DNA of 64,000 nucleotides from an uncultured bacterium (GTDB lineage Bacteria; Omnitrophota; Omnitrophia; Omnitrophales; Abzuiibacteriaceae): NCBI GenBank assembly GCA_964387845.1, contig CAYLXA010000010.1, positions 1 to 64,000 of the forward strand, read 5' to 3'. Shown piece by piece: positions 55,968 to 64,000 of this stretch (position 1 is its first letter; each line of letters starts with the position of its first letter). The notes under the pieces were generated by a model. It saw only the letters and a program-made list of their open reading frames with translations, ran no database searches and was not told where the DNA came from. The position numbers and the translations under genes were made by a program.

Positions 55968-57424
55968 TTCACACCAATCGATTTCCGTTCCACTTTTTGA
56001 TAAAGATCAACATACTTTTGTGCGCTGGTATGCCACGAAAAATCCTCTTTCAAGCCGTTTGCCATTAAAACCGACCACTGTTTTTGATCTTTGTAAAGTC
56101 TCGCCGCGCGGTGCATGGTCTGCAACAAAGCGTCCGGCGTGTAATCTGAAAATGAAAAGCCGTTTCCCTGCCCAGTTTTCGGGTCAAACTCAGAGACCGT
56201 ATCCGCAAGCCCGCCGACTTCGCGCACAAGAGGCACAGTTCCGTATCGAAATGAAATCATTTGCCCGAGCCCGCACGGTTCAAACCTGGACGGCAATAAA
56301 AATACATCGCAGCCGGCATAAATCCGCTTTGAAAGCGCAACATCAAAAGTAATATTGGATCGTATTGAGCCGGCATAGCGCTCTGAAACGCGGCGAAGAC
56401 GCTCCTGATAAGTCTCATCACCCGAACCAAGCAAAATAAGCTGCCAGCCTTCGCGCGCAATTTCTTCCAGAATCGGCTCCAAAAGATCGACGCCCTTTTG
56501 ATCCGTCAGCCGGCCCACAAATCCAAAAAGAGGCGCTTTTGAATCCTGTGCCAATCCGCTTTCTTTTTGGAGCGCGGTTTTGCAAGCTGACTTTTTCGCA
56601 ATTGATTTCGCATCAAAATTTTGCGCGATTTCCGGATCGTGCGCAGGGTCCCAGTCCGACAAATTGATGCCATTCAGGATCCCGTACAAATCATTTTTCC
56701 GTTCCGCCAAAACGCCTTCCATGCCGCAGCCGAATTCTTTTGTCTGAATTTCCTGGGCATAGCGTTCGCTGACGGTCGTCAAAACATCCGAATAAACGAG
56801 TCCGCCTTTCATAAAGCTAAGCTTTCCGTAAAATTCCAAACGGTCGTGCCGGAATTCATCCCACGAAATCCCGGTAGTTGAAATCGAGTCCGGCGGAAAA
56901 TTTCCCTGATACGCTAGATTGTGAATCGTAAAAACAGTTTTTGTGTTCGAGAAAAAGGGGTCTGCGCGGTACAGCGTTTTCAAAAACACCGGAACCAAAC
57001 CGCTTTGCCAGTCGTTGCAATGAATAATGTCCGGCCGGATTTTCAACTTTTTCATGGCCTCGAGCGACGCGCGCTCGAAAAACGCAAAACGTTTGTCGTT
57101 GTCCGGATAATCACCTTTGGGCGTCCCGTAAAGACCATCCCTATCAAAAAACGAAGGCTCATCAATCAAAAATACGTTGATTTGATCGAAGCGGGCCGAA
57201 AACACGCGGCCGGTTTCAACATCCGAACCCAGCGGAATGTGCAAAGGCTCATAAACTAATTTGAAGGGATGTTTCTGCTCCGAAATAATTTTATACTTGG
57301 GCAAAAAAACCGATACCGAGTGGCCGAGCTTTGCAATTTCGTGCGGTAAAGTTCCACCGATATCGCCTAACCCGCCCGTTTTGGCGAACGGCGTCATTTC
57401 TGAAACAACAAAGACAATTTCCAC
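55964..57424 (-). CDS. glgA: Glycogen (starch) synthase, ADP-glucose type (GT5)
   Basis: [11 protein letters not shown]-terminal motif, GT-B C-terminal half, 486 aa. Confidence 0.85.
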
Positions 57425-57519
57425 AGTTTTTCCTAATAACGATTGATGATAATGGGTTAACCGGTTAGTTCTTTAAAACGATGCGGTGAAGTTTCCAAAG
57501 CGGCTATATCAAACGCAAC

Positions 57520-57834
57520 TTATCGAACCTCGATAACGCAATTCCATGTACCAAAGTTGTTCGGAACAAATTCGGTCGATTTCGGATCGTTTTCCCAATT
57601 GCCGTCTACCAAGAACCGGTATTCATAACGGCCCGGTTTCAAATTTAAAACCAGTTTCCAATGCCCGTCGGCACCCCTCTTCAATTTGGCTTTCGACGAA
57701 TCCCAATTGTTAAATTCGCCTGCAATACAAACTTCGCCGGCAAACGGCGCATAAAATTCAAAGCTGACGGATTTTCCTAAGCTTTTATCATTCGATGAGT
57801 TACGACTATTTTTAACAGCAGTCCGGGTTGCCAT
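57520..57834 (-). CDS. Stand-alone CBM48 (glycogen-binding/isoamylase N-terminal) domain protein
   Basis: FEFYAPFAGEVCIAGEFNNWD...GHWKL...PGRYEYRFLVDGNWENDP is the canonical CBM48 fold signature. AGGAGGT SD sits 5 nt upstream. Confidence 0.7.
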   Translation of the reverse strand: MATRTAVKNSRNSSNDKSLGKSVSFEFYAPFAGEVCIAGEFNNWDSSKAKLKRGADGHWKLVLNLKPGRYEYRFLVDGNWENDPKSTEFVPNNFGTWNCVIEVR

Positions 57835-57929
57835 AGGTACCTCCTGGTTTCAACAAAAGTTGAAGGCAGTATAGGACAATTTTTTGGAAGGTTCAAGGGC
57901 TATGAAGCAGCGGCGAATTTAAGAATAAA

Positions 57930-58826
57930 TCAGCGTTTTTCGACTTGTCCAATAAAGGATTTGAGATTTTCTTTGAAGGCGAGGTCAGACTCTACCGACT
58001 CCAGGCGCCTTAATTCGGATAAAAAATGAATAGCGGCATCCCCGGCTAAATTCAAGCCTTGAAGCGCTGTTTGGCGGAGCGCGATTGTATTTCTAGAGTC
58101 TTGGACTATTTTGATTAAATCCTGCGGATAATCGGGGATGCGGAGATAAACGCCTTTCATGACCATAAATCTCCTGAAATCGGAATTTTCAGACTGATTT
58201 AAAATCACGCTTTGATAAAGCTTGTGAATTTCTTCCGTTGCAACCCTGGTTTCTAAATAACCAATACATGCTCTCCGCATTACTATGGATTCATTTTTAT
58301 TGGCCAGGATTTTGCGCGCTAAATTGAGCACCTCGTCTTTCAGATCCTCGGCAAATCCGATCCGCTCAAGACAAGCAAGGCGAAGTTCGTCGGGTTCCGA
58401 AGAATTCTGGATGATCCGGAATATGGAAAATGTAATTTCTTCAGGATTTGCTTTCCATAAAATCGAAAGCGCGGATTTCCTGAATGCAATATCTCCGGAA
58501 CCTTCCAAAGAATCCCGGAGCGACGTTAACATTTTTTTATCAGCACTCGCCAGAATTTTTTCTTCCAGGTATGCGCGGAATAGCTTGGCTTCGTCGGTTG
58601 CTTTATCGATCTTTAGAGCTTCAAGGACAGCAGCCCGTCGCTCATCGGTCAAATCCGCCAATAATTCATCAATAACGGTTTTGCGCTTTTCAAGCAATGC
58701 ATCGTTGTTGTGGAGAATATACAGAAGCTGCTCTTCGGACATCTCTTCTTTGGCATGAGCAGAATGATTGAATGGCAGAATGCCGACCGCGCCGATAACC
58801 AAAAACAGCAATAAGATTCTTTTCAT
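57930..58826 (-). CDS. Secreted HEAT/ARM-like repeat protein (298 aa)
   Basis: Signal peptide, then a repetitive alpha-helical Leu/Ala/Glu-rich sequence. Confidence 0.4.
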   Translation of the reverse strand: MKRILLLFLVIGAVGILPFNHSAHAKEEMSEEQLLYILHNNDALLEKRKTVIDELLADLTDERRAAVLEALKIDKATDEAKLFRAYLEEKILASADKKMLTSLRDSLEGSGDIAFRKSALSILWKANPEEITFSIFRIIQNSSEPDELRLACLERIGFAEDLKDEVLNLARKILANKNESIVMRRACIGYLETRVATEEIHKLYQSVILNQSENSDFRRFMVMKGVYLRIPDYPQDLIKIVQDSRNTIALRQTALQGLNLAGDAAIHFLSELRRLESVESDLAFKENLKSFIGQVEKR

Positions 58827-59938
58827 TATCCGAGACGGCCTGCTGTATTTTTATTATCGATCCAATTTTTAACCGTAACAGTTTGCAAACCGCCACCGCC
58901 GCCTATCGCAGGAAGATTCCTTAAAATATCCGGAGAATACCGGATTTTGGTAAATTCACTTTCGGTCGGTGTAAAGTCAATGCCGCCGATGATCCAACCG
59001 GTATTGGTATCAACGCTCACCAACCCGCCGGTTACGGAAGATGCTTTTTGAAAAATGCAGTTGTTGCAAATCACCAGGCCTTTAAAATGCCCCGCCAGAT
59101 GAACCCATGAATCATGGCTGGTATTATCGACGATTAAAATTCCTGTTCCCGGGTTTGCACTGGTTCCCAAATCAATGCTCGCAACCGGAAAAAGAACGTT
59201 GCCGGACGACGTTGGCGTGTAATAGTAAATTTGATTATTTAAAACACTGGAAGGCGCAGACGTTGATTTGTAGCTGTTTAGAGCCGTGGAATCGCTTGGG
59301 AGGCCCATCACGGCATTCACCGATTGCGTGTCGGCCAAGTCTTGCCCTGTCAACAGCAACTTCGCTGCGGGATTTACCGGCTGGCTCGGGGCAATTCCGT
59401 TACCGCCTACTTTCGGTAGCACAAGCCCGTCAAAAGAAGGATCTGAGCCATAAGCCATTCCGTATGTTCCCGGATTTCCGGTTAAACTTCCGGATGTATT
59501 ATGTTCACGGCCATCGGAAAGAAGACCTGCCAAAAGCATTAATTGGCTTGCACCGGTCATGCTGGCCTTGACTCCGGGAGGCAGCGATTGTCCGATATTA
59601 ACCACCGCTGTCGTGGTTCGTGTCGTGCCGCCATAAGTGCCGGTCGCCGTAATCTTCTTGGTGCTGGCGTCATACAACGCAGAATAAGTACCATTGCCGA
59701 GAGATGTGGAAGAAATGGCGGCGGTATTATTTAATTTCAGCTCCGCAATTTTCCTGTCAAGCGCTGCCTCTGCCAAATAAAACGCCTGAAGCTCGGAAAC
59801 AGACGTCAGTGAATTTCTGGCCTCAACACTCGTTGCCGCATAGGAACTGCTAATAAGAACAGCCAACCCGAAAATAATAAAACAAACCCAAAGCAAGGCC
59901 ATTCCTTTCTCGTTAGTTTGATTAATAAGTCGTTTCAT
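58826..59938 (-). CDS. PilX-N-like pilus-associated protein (370 aa)
   Basis: N-terminal hydrophobic helix plus ...EAALDRKIAEL resembles the PilX N-terminal domain. Gly/Thr/Ser-rich body. Confidence 0.4.
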   Translation of the reverse strand: MKRLINQTNEKGMALLWVCFIIFGLAVLISSSYAATSVEARNSLTSVSELQAFYLAEAALDRKIAELKLNNTAAISSTSLGNGTYSALYDASTKKITATGTYGGTTRTTTAVVNIGQSLPPGVKASMTGASQLMLLAGLLSDGREHNTSGSLTGNPGTYGMAYGSDPSFDGLVLPKVGGNGIAPSQPVNPAAKLLLTGQDLADTQSVNAVMGLPSDSTALNSYKSTSAPSSVLNNQIYYYTPTSSGNVLFPVASIDLGTSANPGTGILIVDNTSHDSWVHLAGHFKGLVICNNCIFQKASSVTGGLVSVDTNTGWIIGGIDFTPTESEFTKIRYSPDILRNLPAIGGGGGLQTVTVKNWIDNKNTAGRLG

Positions 59939-59963
59939 GTTTTTAATCCTTTCTCCTCACAAT

Positions 59964-60524
59964 TTATTTATTTCTCAATGAAATTCGAGATGATAAAGAC
60001 TGAGTGCTCGTCGCCACAGTAACTAAAACATAAGCTGCGTTTGTTTGCGAAAATGAAGCCGACGTGATCGACCTTCCGATCACCGCCGAAGTCACAGGAC
60101 TCATCACGCTCGGAATTTGATAGCGCGTAATGGTTTGTGCAACCGAATCGTAAATGTATTTGATTGTCTTATAGGTGGTTGACGTACCCACGGTTGATTC
60201 CGGAACCTTGAATGATAGAGTCGGCGGAGATACAAGAATGCAGACACCGTTCTGAGGATTGTCTACATTGCTGCAGCCGTCGATTCCCTGCCGGGCTTCC
60301 CTTAAATCGCGTTTCACAAACGCGAGCGCGGTGCGAAGATGGTTGCGTTCCACGATATTGGCATTGCTTTGATCAAAAAGGGTTTGCGTCGATTGTATGG
60401 AATTAAAAACAAAAATAGTCGTAATCATCAAAAGAGACATCGTAAAAATCATTTCCAAAATCGAAAATCCCTTTTGTGATCCGATCCAATTTTTATGAAT
60501 GTTTTGATTTTTCATTCTTTCCAT
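59964..60524 (-). CDS. Prepilin-type N-terminal cleavage/methylation domain protein (minor pilin/pseudopilin)
   Basis: KGFSILEMIFTMSLL matches G-F-(S/T)-L-(I/L)-E. Confidence 0.6.
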   Translation of the reverse strand: MERMKNQNIHKNWIGSQKGFSILEMIFTMSLLMITTIFVFNSIQSTQTLFDQSNANIVERNHLRTALAFVKRDLREARQGIDGCSNVDNPQNGVCILVSPPTLSFKVPESTVGTSTTYKTIKYIYDSVAQTITRYQIPSVMSPVTSAVIGRSITSASFSQTNAAYVLVTVATSTQSLSSRISLRNK

Positions 60525-60526
60525 TC

Positions 60527-60943
60527 TTATGCCCGCTGCGTCACCAGACTATAAAGCCTGAAAGTCCGCGCCGCACCTTTCTCACTCCAATTGATAGTCA
60601 CTAAAACTTGTAAAGGATCCGTGCCGGTTCCGGCCGGAAATGTCACGCTGACGGATTGGCTTGGAAGTCCCGAAAACGTTTGCCCGGAAACCCAACTGGT
60701 CCAATACGTTGAATCGCTTGCCGAATTACTTCCGGTCAAGCCGTTTGCATTTGCAATGCGCCGAACTTCTTCCATCGTTCTTTCGGCATCATTAGCAGCC
60801 GTAATTTTATTCTGCGCGAACGAGCTTAAACTTGCTGCATACTGAAAGCTGGCGCCGACAGCGGCAATTACAACCGTAATCAAAGTAATAGCGAGTAAAA
60901 TTTCAACAACCGTAAAACCAGATTTTTGATTGCGGTAATTCAT
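60527..60943 (-). CDS. Prepilin-type N-terminal cleavage/methylation domain protein (minor pilin/pseudopilin)
   Basis: SGFTVVEILLAITLI matches G-F-T-L-x-E. Confidence 0.6.
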   Translation of the reverse strand: MNYRNQKSGFTVVEILLAITLITVVIAAVGASFQYAASLSSFAQNKITAANDAERTMEEVRRIANANGLTGSNSASDSTYWTSWVSGQTFSGLPSQSVSVTFPAGTGTDPLQVLVTINWSEKGAARTFRLYSLVTQRA

Positions 60944-61152
60944 GGCCTTTAAAGTTACGGCTCCTTTCTTAAAATTTTAAATATGCTGAAAATAACTCAA
61001 AACACATCTTCTAAATTCAACCTCTATAATTAAATTTTCCTATGCTGATTTTAGGTTTACAAGGGGCCAAAATAACCTAAAAAACTATCTTAAAAGCTTT
61101 AAAAAGTAGCCCATCCTTTCAGGTAAAGTTTATTGCATTTAAGGATAAAAAC

Positions 61153-61770
61153 TTGTACACTGGGTTCGCTTCTTTAATCAGGAGGTTGGGCGTGCTTGAG
61201 ATGGTTCTGGAAGAAAATTATCCGAAGACAATGACCACTAAAGACGGGAAATCCATTACCGTCAGACCGGTTACTCAAGAAGACGAGCAAGCCCTCATCA
61301 CGTTTTTCAGTGAGTTCCCCGCTGAAGAAGTTGCTTACCTCATTCATGATGTCAGAAACCCCAAAGTCATCCGCCAGTGGCTAAAGAGTCTCGATTACGA
61401 ACGGGCCCTTCCGCTTGTCGCAATTTATGAAGGAAAAATTATTGGGGATGCGGTGCTCAATCAAGACGCCCGGGGATGGCAAACGCATGTCGGCCATGTG
61501 GCAACTTTTACTCATCCCAATTACCGCGGCATCGGCCTCGCCAGGCTGCTTGTAGGAGAAATCATCGAAATCGGCATGCATTGCGGATTGGTCAAACTGG
61601 ATGCAGAGTTTATGGGAGAGCAAGGAAAACCGATGTCTGCATTTCAAGAAATGGGTTTCGTGCCGACCGCAACTTTGCCGGGGCATGTTCAGGATATCAA
61701 GGGCAATTTTCACGACCTTGTGATCCTGGTTTACGATTTGCGTTCCGAAGAACGTTACGCTGCTGATTAA
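61153..61770 (+). CDS. GNAT-family N-acetyltransferase. The start is possibly the ATG at 61201.
   Basis: Acetyl-CoA binding motif region (...GIGLARLLVGEIIEIG...), about 190 aa. Confidence 0.7.
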   Translation: MYTGFASLIRRLGVLEMVLEENYPKTMTTKDGKSITVRPVTQEDEQALITFFSEFPAEEVAYLIHDVRNPKVIRQWLKSLDYERALPLVAIYEGKIIGDAVLNQDARGWQTHVGHVATFTHPNYRGIGLARLLVGEIIEIGMHCGLVKLDAEFMGEQGKPMSAFQEMGFVPTATLPGHVQDIKGNFHDLVILVYDLRSEERYAAD

Positions 61771-61803
61771 TTTTTAAAAGGGGTTCTTCTCTCAGATTTT
61801 GCC

Positions 61804-63405
61804 ATGCCGAACGCACTCCCCCTGATTGCTGACCGCGAATGGGAAGTTTTTATCATCGGCGGCGGCATCAACGGATGCGCCATCGCACGCGATTCAGTCC
61901 TCCGCGGTTTTAAGACCGCACTCGTCGAACGGAATGATTTCGCTTCCCAAACTTCAAGCCGTACCACCAAACTCATTCATGGCGGCATCCGCTATCTCGA
62001 ACAAATGGAGTTTGGTCTCGTTTACGAATGTCTCCATGAACGCACAATTCTCATGACGATCGCACCGCACTTGGTGCGTCCGCTTCCATTCTTAATTCCG
62101 GTGATGAAAAGCGACCGCTATCCCCTGCCGTTTGTCCAATTCGGAACCTGGCTTTACGCGATGCTGGCCGGCCGCGATCAAATCAAACCCAAAGAAAATT
62201 TCTCATCAAAAAACCTTTTAAGCCGGTATCCGTTTCTGGACAAATCAAAACTAAAAGGTGCGGTCCGGTATTTTGATGCGCAAATGGATGACATCCGGCT
62301 TTGCCTTGAAACCGCATTATCCGCCCAAATGGAAGGCGCTGCGATTGCCAATCACGTTGAAGTCACCCGGATCGGAATCCGGAAAGACGGAAAATTCGAC
62401 ATCACAATGGAAGATACGCTTACGCGTGATCAAGCAAAGGCCCGCGCAGTTAAAATCATCAATGCCGCAGGCCCTTGGGCAGACCGGATGCTTTCGATTT
62501 TAGAACCCCGCCACAAACCTTTGCTTCATTTGAGCAAAGGCGTGCATTTGATTACCAAGAAAAAAATCTCCGATGATGCCATTTTGCTTTTATCAAGCGA
62601 CAACCGTGTCATTTTCATTATCCCCTGGCATGATAAATCCTTAATCGGAACAACCGATACCGAATTTCGCGGCTTGCCGGAAGATGCTGTAGCTACCGAA
62701 GATGACATTTCATTTTTATTGGATGAGGTAAAGCGGATCGGGCCTGATTTGAACATCAGCCGGCGGGATATTGTTACTACCTTTGCCGGTGTACGGCCGA
62801 TTGCCGTGGGGAGCGCTAAAAATACGGCAAAATTAAGCAGGCGCCATGTGATCCGGGAACTGCCTCCTGGATTTTTCTCGATCGCCGGCGGAAAATATAC
62901 GACACACCGCTTGCTTGCACAGGAAGTTTGCGATTTGCTTGAAAAGTCCCTGAAAAAATCAAAGCGTCTGTGCAAAACTGCCGAAATGCCGCTCCTCGGA
63001 AGTTTTGACCTGCCTTACGAGGAAGCCAATTTTCACATTCCAAATGATATCTCCGGGCTCAATCGGAATACGCTGGAACATTTGATCCAAATTTACGGGC
63101 GCCAAATCAGGCATGTGGTTGCCGTTGCAAACCGCAGCCAAAATTTACAGAAACCATTCTGCGCGCATCATGCCATAATCGGTGCACAAGTCATTTATGC
63201 CATTGAGCATGAGCTTGCACAAACTTTAGCGGATGTCTGCGTGAGAAGGCTCCGGCTTGACCAAACCGCCTGCCGCGGACTTGATTGTGTCAGAAAAGTA
63301 GCCGATTTGATGTCAGACCGGCTCCGTTGGTCACCTGCCAAGAAAGAAACGGAAGTAGCCCACTATTTGGATTGGGTTAAATTAAACACGCAATTCGTGG
63401 TTTAG
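61804..63405 (+). CDS. glpD: FAD-dependent glycerol-3-phosphate dehydrogenase (GlpD/GlpA family)
   Basis: N-terminal FAD dinucleotide fold IIGGGINGCAIARD and ...HGGIRYLEQ. 533 aa. Confidence 0.75.
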   Translation: MPNALPLIADREWEVFIIGGGINGCAIARDSVLRGFKTALVERNDFASQTSSRTTKLIHGGIRYLEQMEFGLVYECLHERTILMTIAPHLVRPLPFLIPVMKSDRYPLPFVQFGTWLYAMLAGRDQIKPKENFSSKNLLSRYPFLDKSKLKGAVRYFDAQMDDIRLCLETALSAQMEGAAIANHVEVTRIGIRKDGKFDITMEDTLTRDQAKARAVKIINAAGPWADRMLSILEPRHKPLLHLSKGVHLITKKKISDDAILLLSSDNRVIFIIPWHDKSLIGTTDTEFRGLPEDAVATEDDISFLLDEVKRIGPDLNISRRDIVTTFAGVRPIAVGSAKNTAKLSRRHVIRELPPGFFSIAGGKYTTHRLLAQEVCDLLEKSLKKSKRLCKTAEMPLLGSFDLPYEEANFHIPNDISGLNRNTLEHLIQIYGRQIRHVVAVANRSQNLQKPFCAHHAIIGAQVIYAIEHELAQTLADVCVRRLRLDQTACRGLDCVRKVADLMSDRLRWSPAKKETEVAHYLDWVKLNTQFVV

Positions 63406-64000
63406 TCAATTTTTCGATACGTAGGCCAAAAATTGCTCGGCGTTTTCCAGATTGGGCAACAAAAAATCAGGGTTGAGCATCTTCAACTGTTCTACGGAAA
63501 GCGAACCGGTTGCAACTCCGATGGCATGAAGTCCGAGCGCTTTGGCGCAAGCCATGTCGGCTTGAGCGTCCCCAACTAGAAAAATATTCTTCTTTTCAAT
63601 CGGTTTTCCGAATGATTGAAGGCCGCGTTCAAGTGCTTTTTCGGTCATTTGAAGCCGGTCATGAGAATCACTGCCGTAGCCGCCGAAAGAAAAAAAGTGA
63701 TCAATTTTTCCGCGCTTCAATTTTCGAATCGCCGTCTCCTTGTAATTTCCGGTCGCGATACCCAAATGATATTTTTCCTGCGACAACATGCTCAGAAGTT
63801 TCTCGACTCCCAGCAACAACTTGAAATGAACAACCTGTTCAAACATATCGTTAAAATATTGAATATAGCGCTTGGTCACTTCGGTTTTCTCAGAATCTTC
63901 GAGCTTCCGGCCCAGTGCCGACTGCGCAAGATCGTGAATGATGAGGCAGTCTGTTTTTCCGTGCGGATCATAATTTCCCCAGACATTGTCGATTTGGAAC
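63406..64000 (-). CDS. HAD-superfamily hydrolase (phosphoglycolate-phosphatase-like), 5' end beyond the window
   Basis: C-terminal HAD motifs III/IV (...FLVGDAQADMACAKALGLHAIGV...). The ORF stays open upstream of the track's Met to the window edge, and the DxD motif is expected off-window. Confidence 0.65.
   Translation of the reverse strand, partial: FQIDNVWGNYDPHGKTDCLIIHDLAQSALGRKLEDSEKTEVTKRYIQYFNDMFEQVVHFKLLLGVEKLLSMLSQEKYHLGIATGNYKETAIRKLKRGKIDHFFSFGGYGSDSHDRLQMTEKALERGLQSFGKPIEKKNIFLVGDAQADMACAKALGLHAIGVATGSLSVEQLKMLNPDFLLPNLENAEQFLAYVSKN

Noticed and set aside
1-64000. tRNA, rRNA or other structured RNA genes in intergenic gaps (3290..3440, 25862..26070, 60944..61152, 57835..57929)
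   Set aside because: No cloverleaf-compatible sequence (acceptor stem plus T-loop GTTC-like motifs) or rRNA-like conserved blocks were seen by eye. The gaps look like ordinary promoter or terminator regions.

Overview
This 64-kb window comes from a diderm (outer-membrane-bearing) bacterium. It is densely coding, almost entirely on the minus strand, and uses the standard genetic code.

Recognisable genes, by position:
- lipoprotein, FtsH-like AAA+/HExxH protease, UvrA
- a 1554-aa outer-membrane protein and a 575-aa partner
- a contiguous Lys/Arg biosynthesis run dapB-dapA-dapF-PilZ-lysA-argH-argG-argF-argD-argB-argJ-argC
- divergent RNase III and an AsmA-family protein
- rplM-rpsI, a GT4 glycosyltransferase, leuD and leuC
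- downstream of the giant ORF: a small membrane protein, a polytopic membrane protein, an enolase-superfamily enzyme, an amino-acid ABC transporter, truA, asd and leuB
- a TIR-flanked four-helix-bundle gene inserted at the leuB/thiG junction
- thiG, glgA, a CBM48 protein, a minor-pilin-like cluster, GNAT, glpD and a partial HAD hydrolase

The standout is one uninterrupted 12,345-nt minus-strand ORF (33892..46236, 4114 aa, TTG start with a good SD). Its translation has a signal peptide and three internal twin-arginine-like signal/anchor segments. It also carries two HExxH zincin motifs, an HD motif, a beta-propeller-like stretch and a class I SAM-methyltransferase fold. A (R/K)(S/A)ELR pentapeptide punctuates it about 17 times and is encoded by heterogeneous codons, so it is conserved at the peptide level, not as a DNA repeat.

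Two paralogous plus-strand cassettes sit fully inside this ORF, antisense to it. Each has a near-consensus sigma70 promoter (TTGACA-N17-TATAAG/TATAAA), a conserved about 40-nt 5'UTR, an SD, and a small coiled-coil ORF (78 and 115 aa). The two small proteins are clearly homologous. Each cassette is bracketed on both sides by RSELR-coding sites of the host ORF, and the giant ORF stays open through both.

I read this as a modular, possibly self-processing giant secreted polyprotein carrying nested antisense genes. I cannot match it to any described system.
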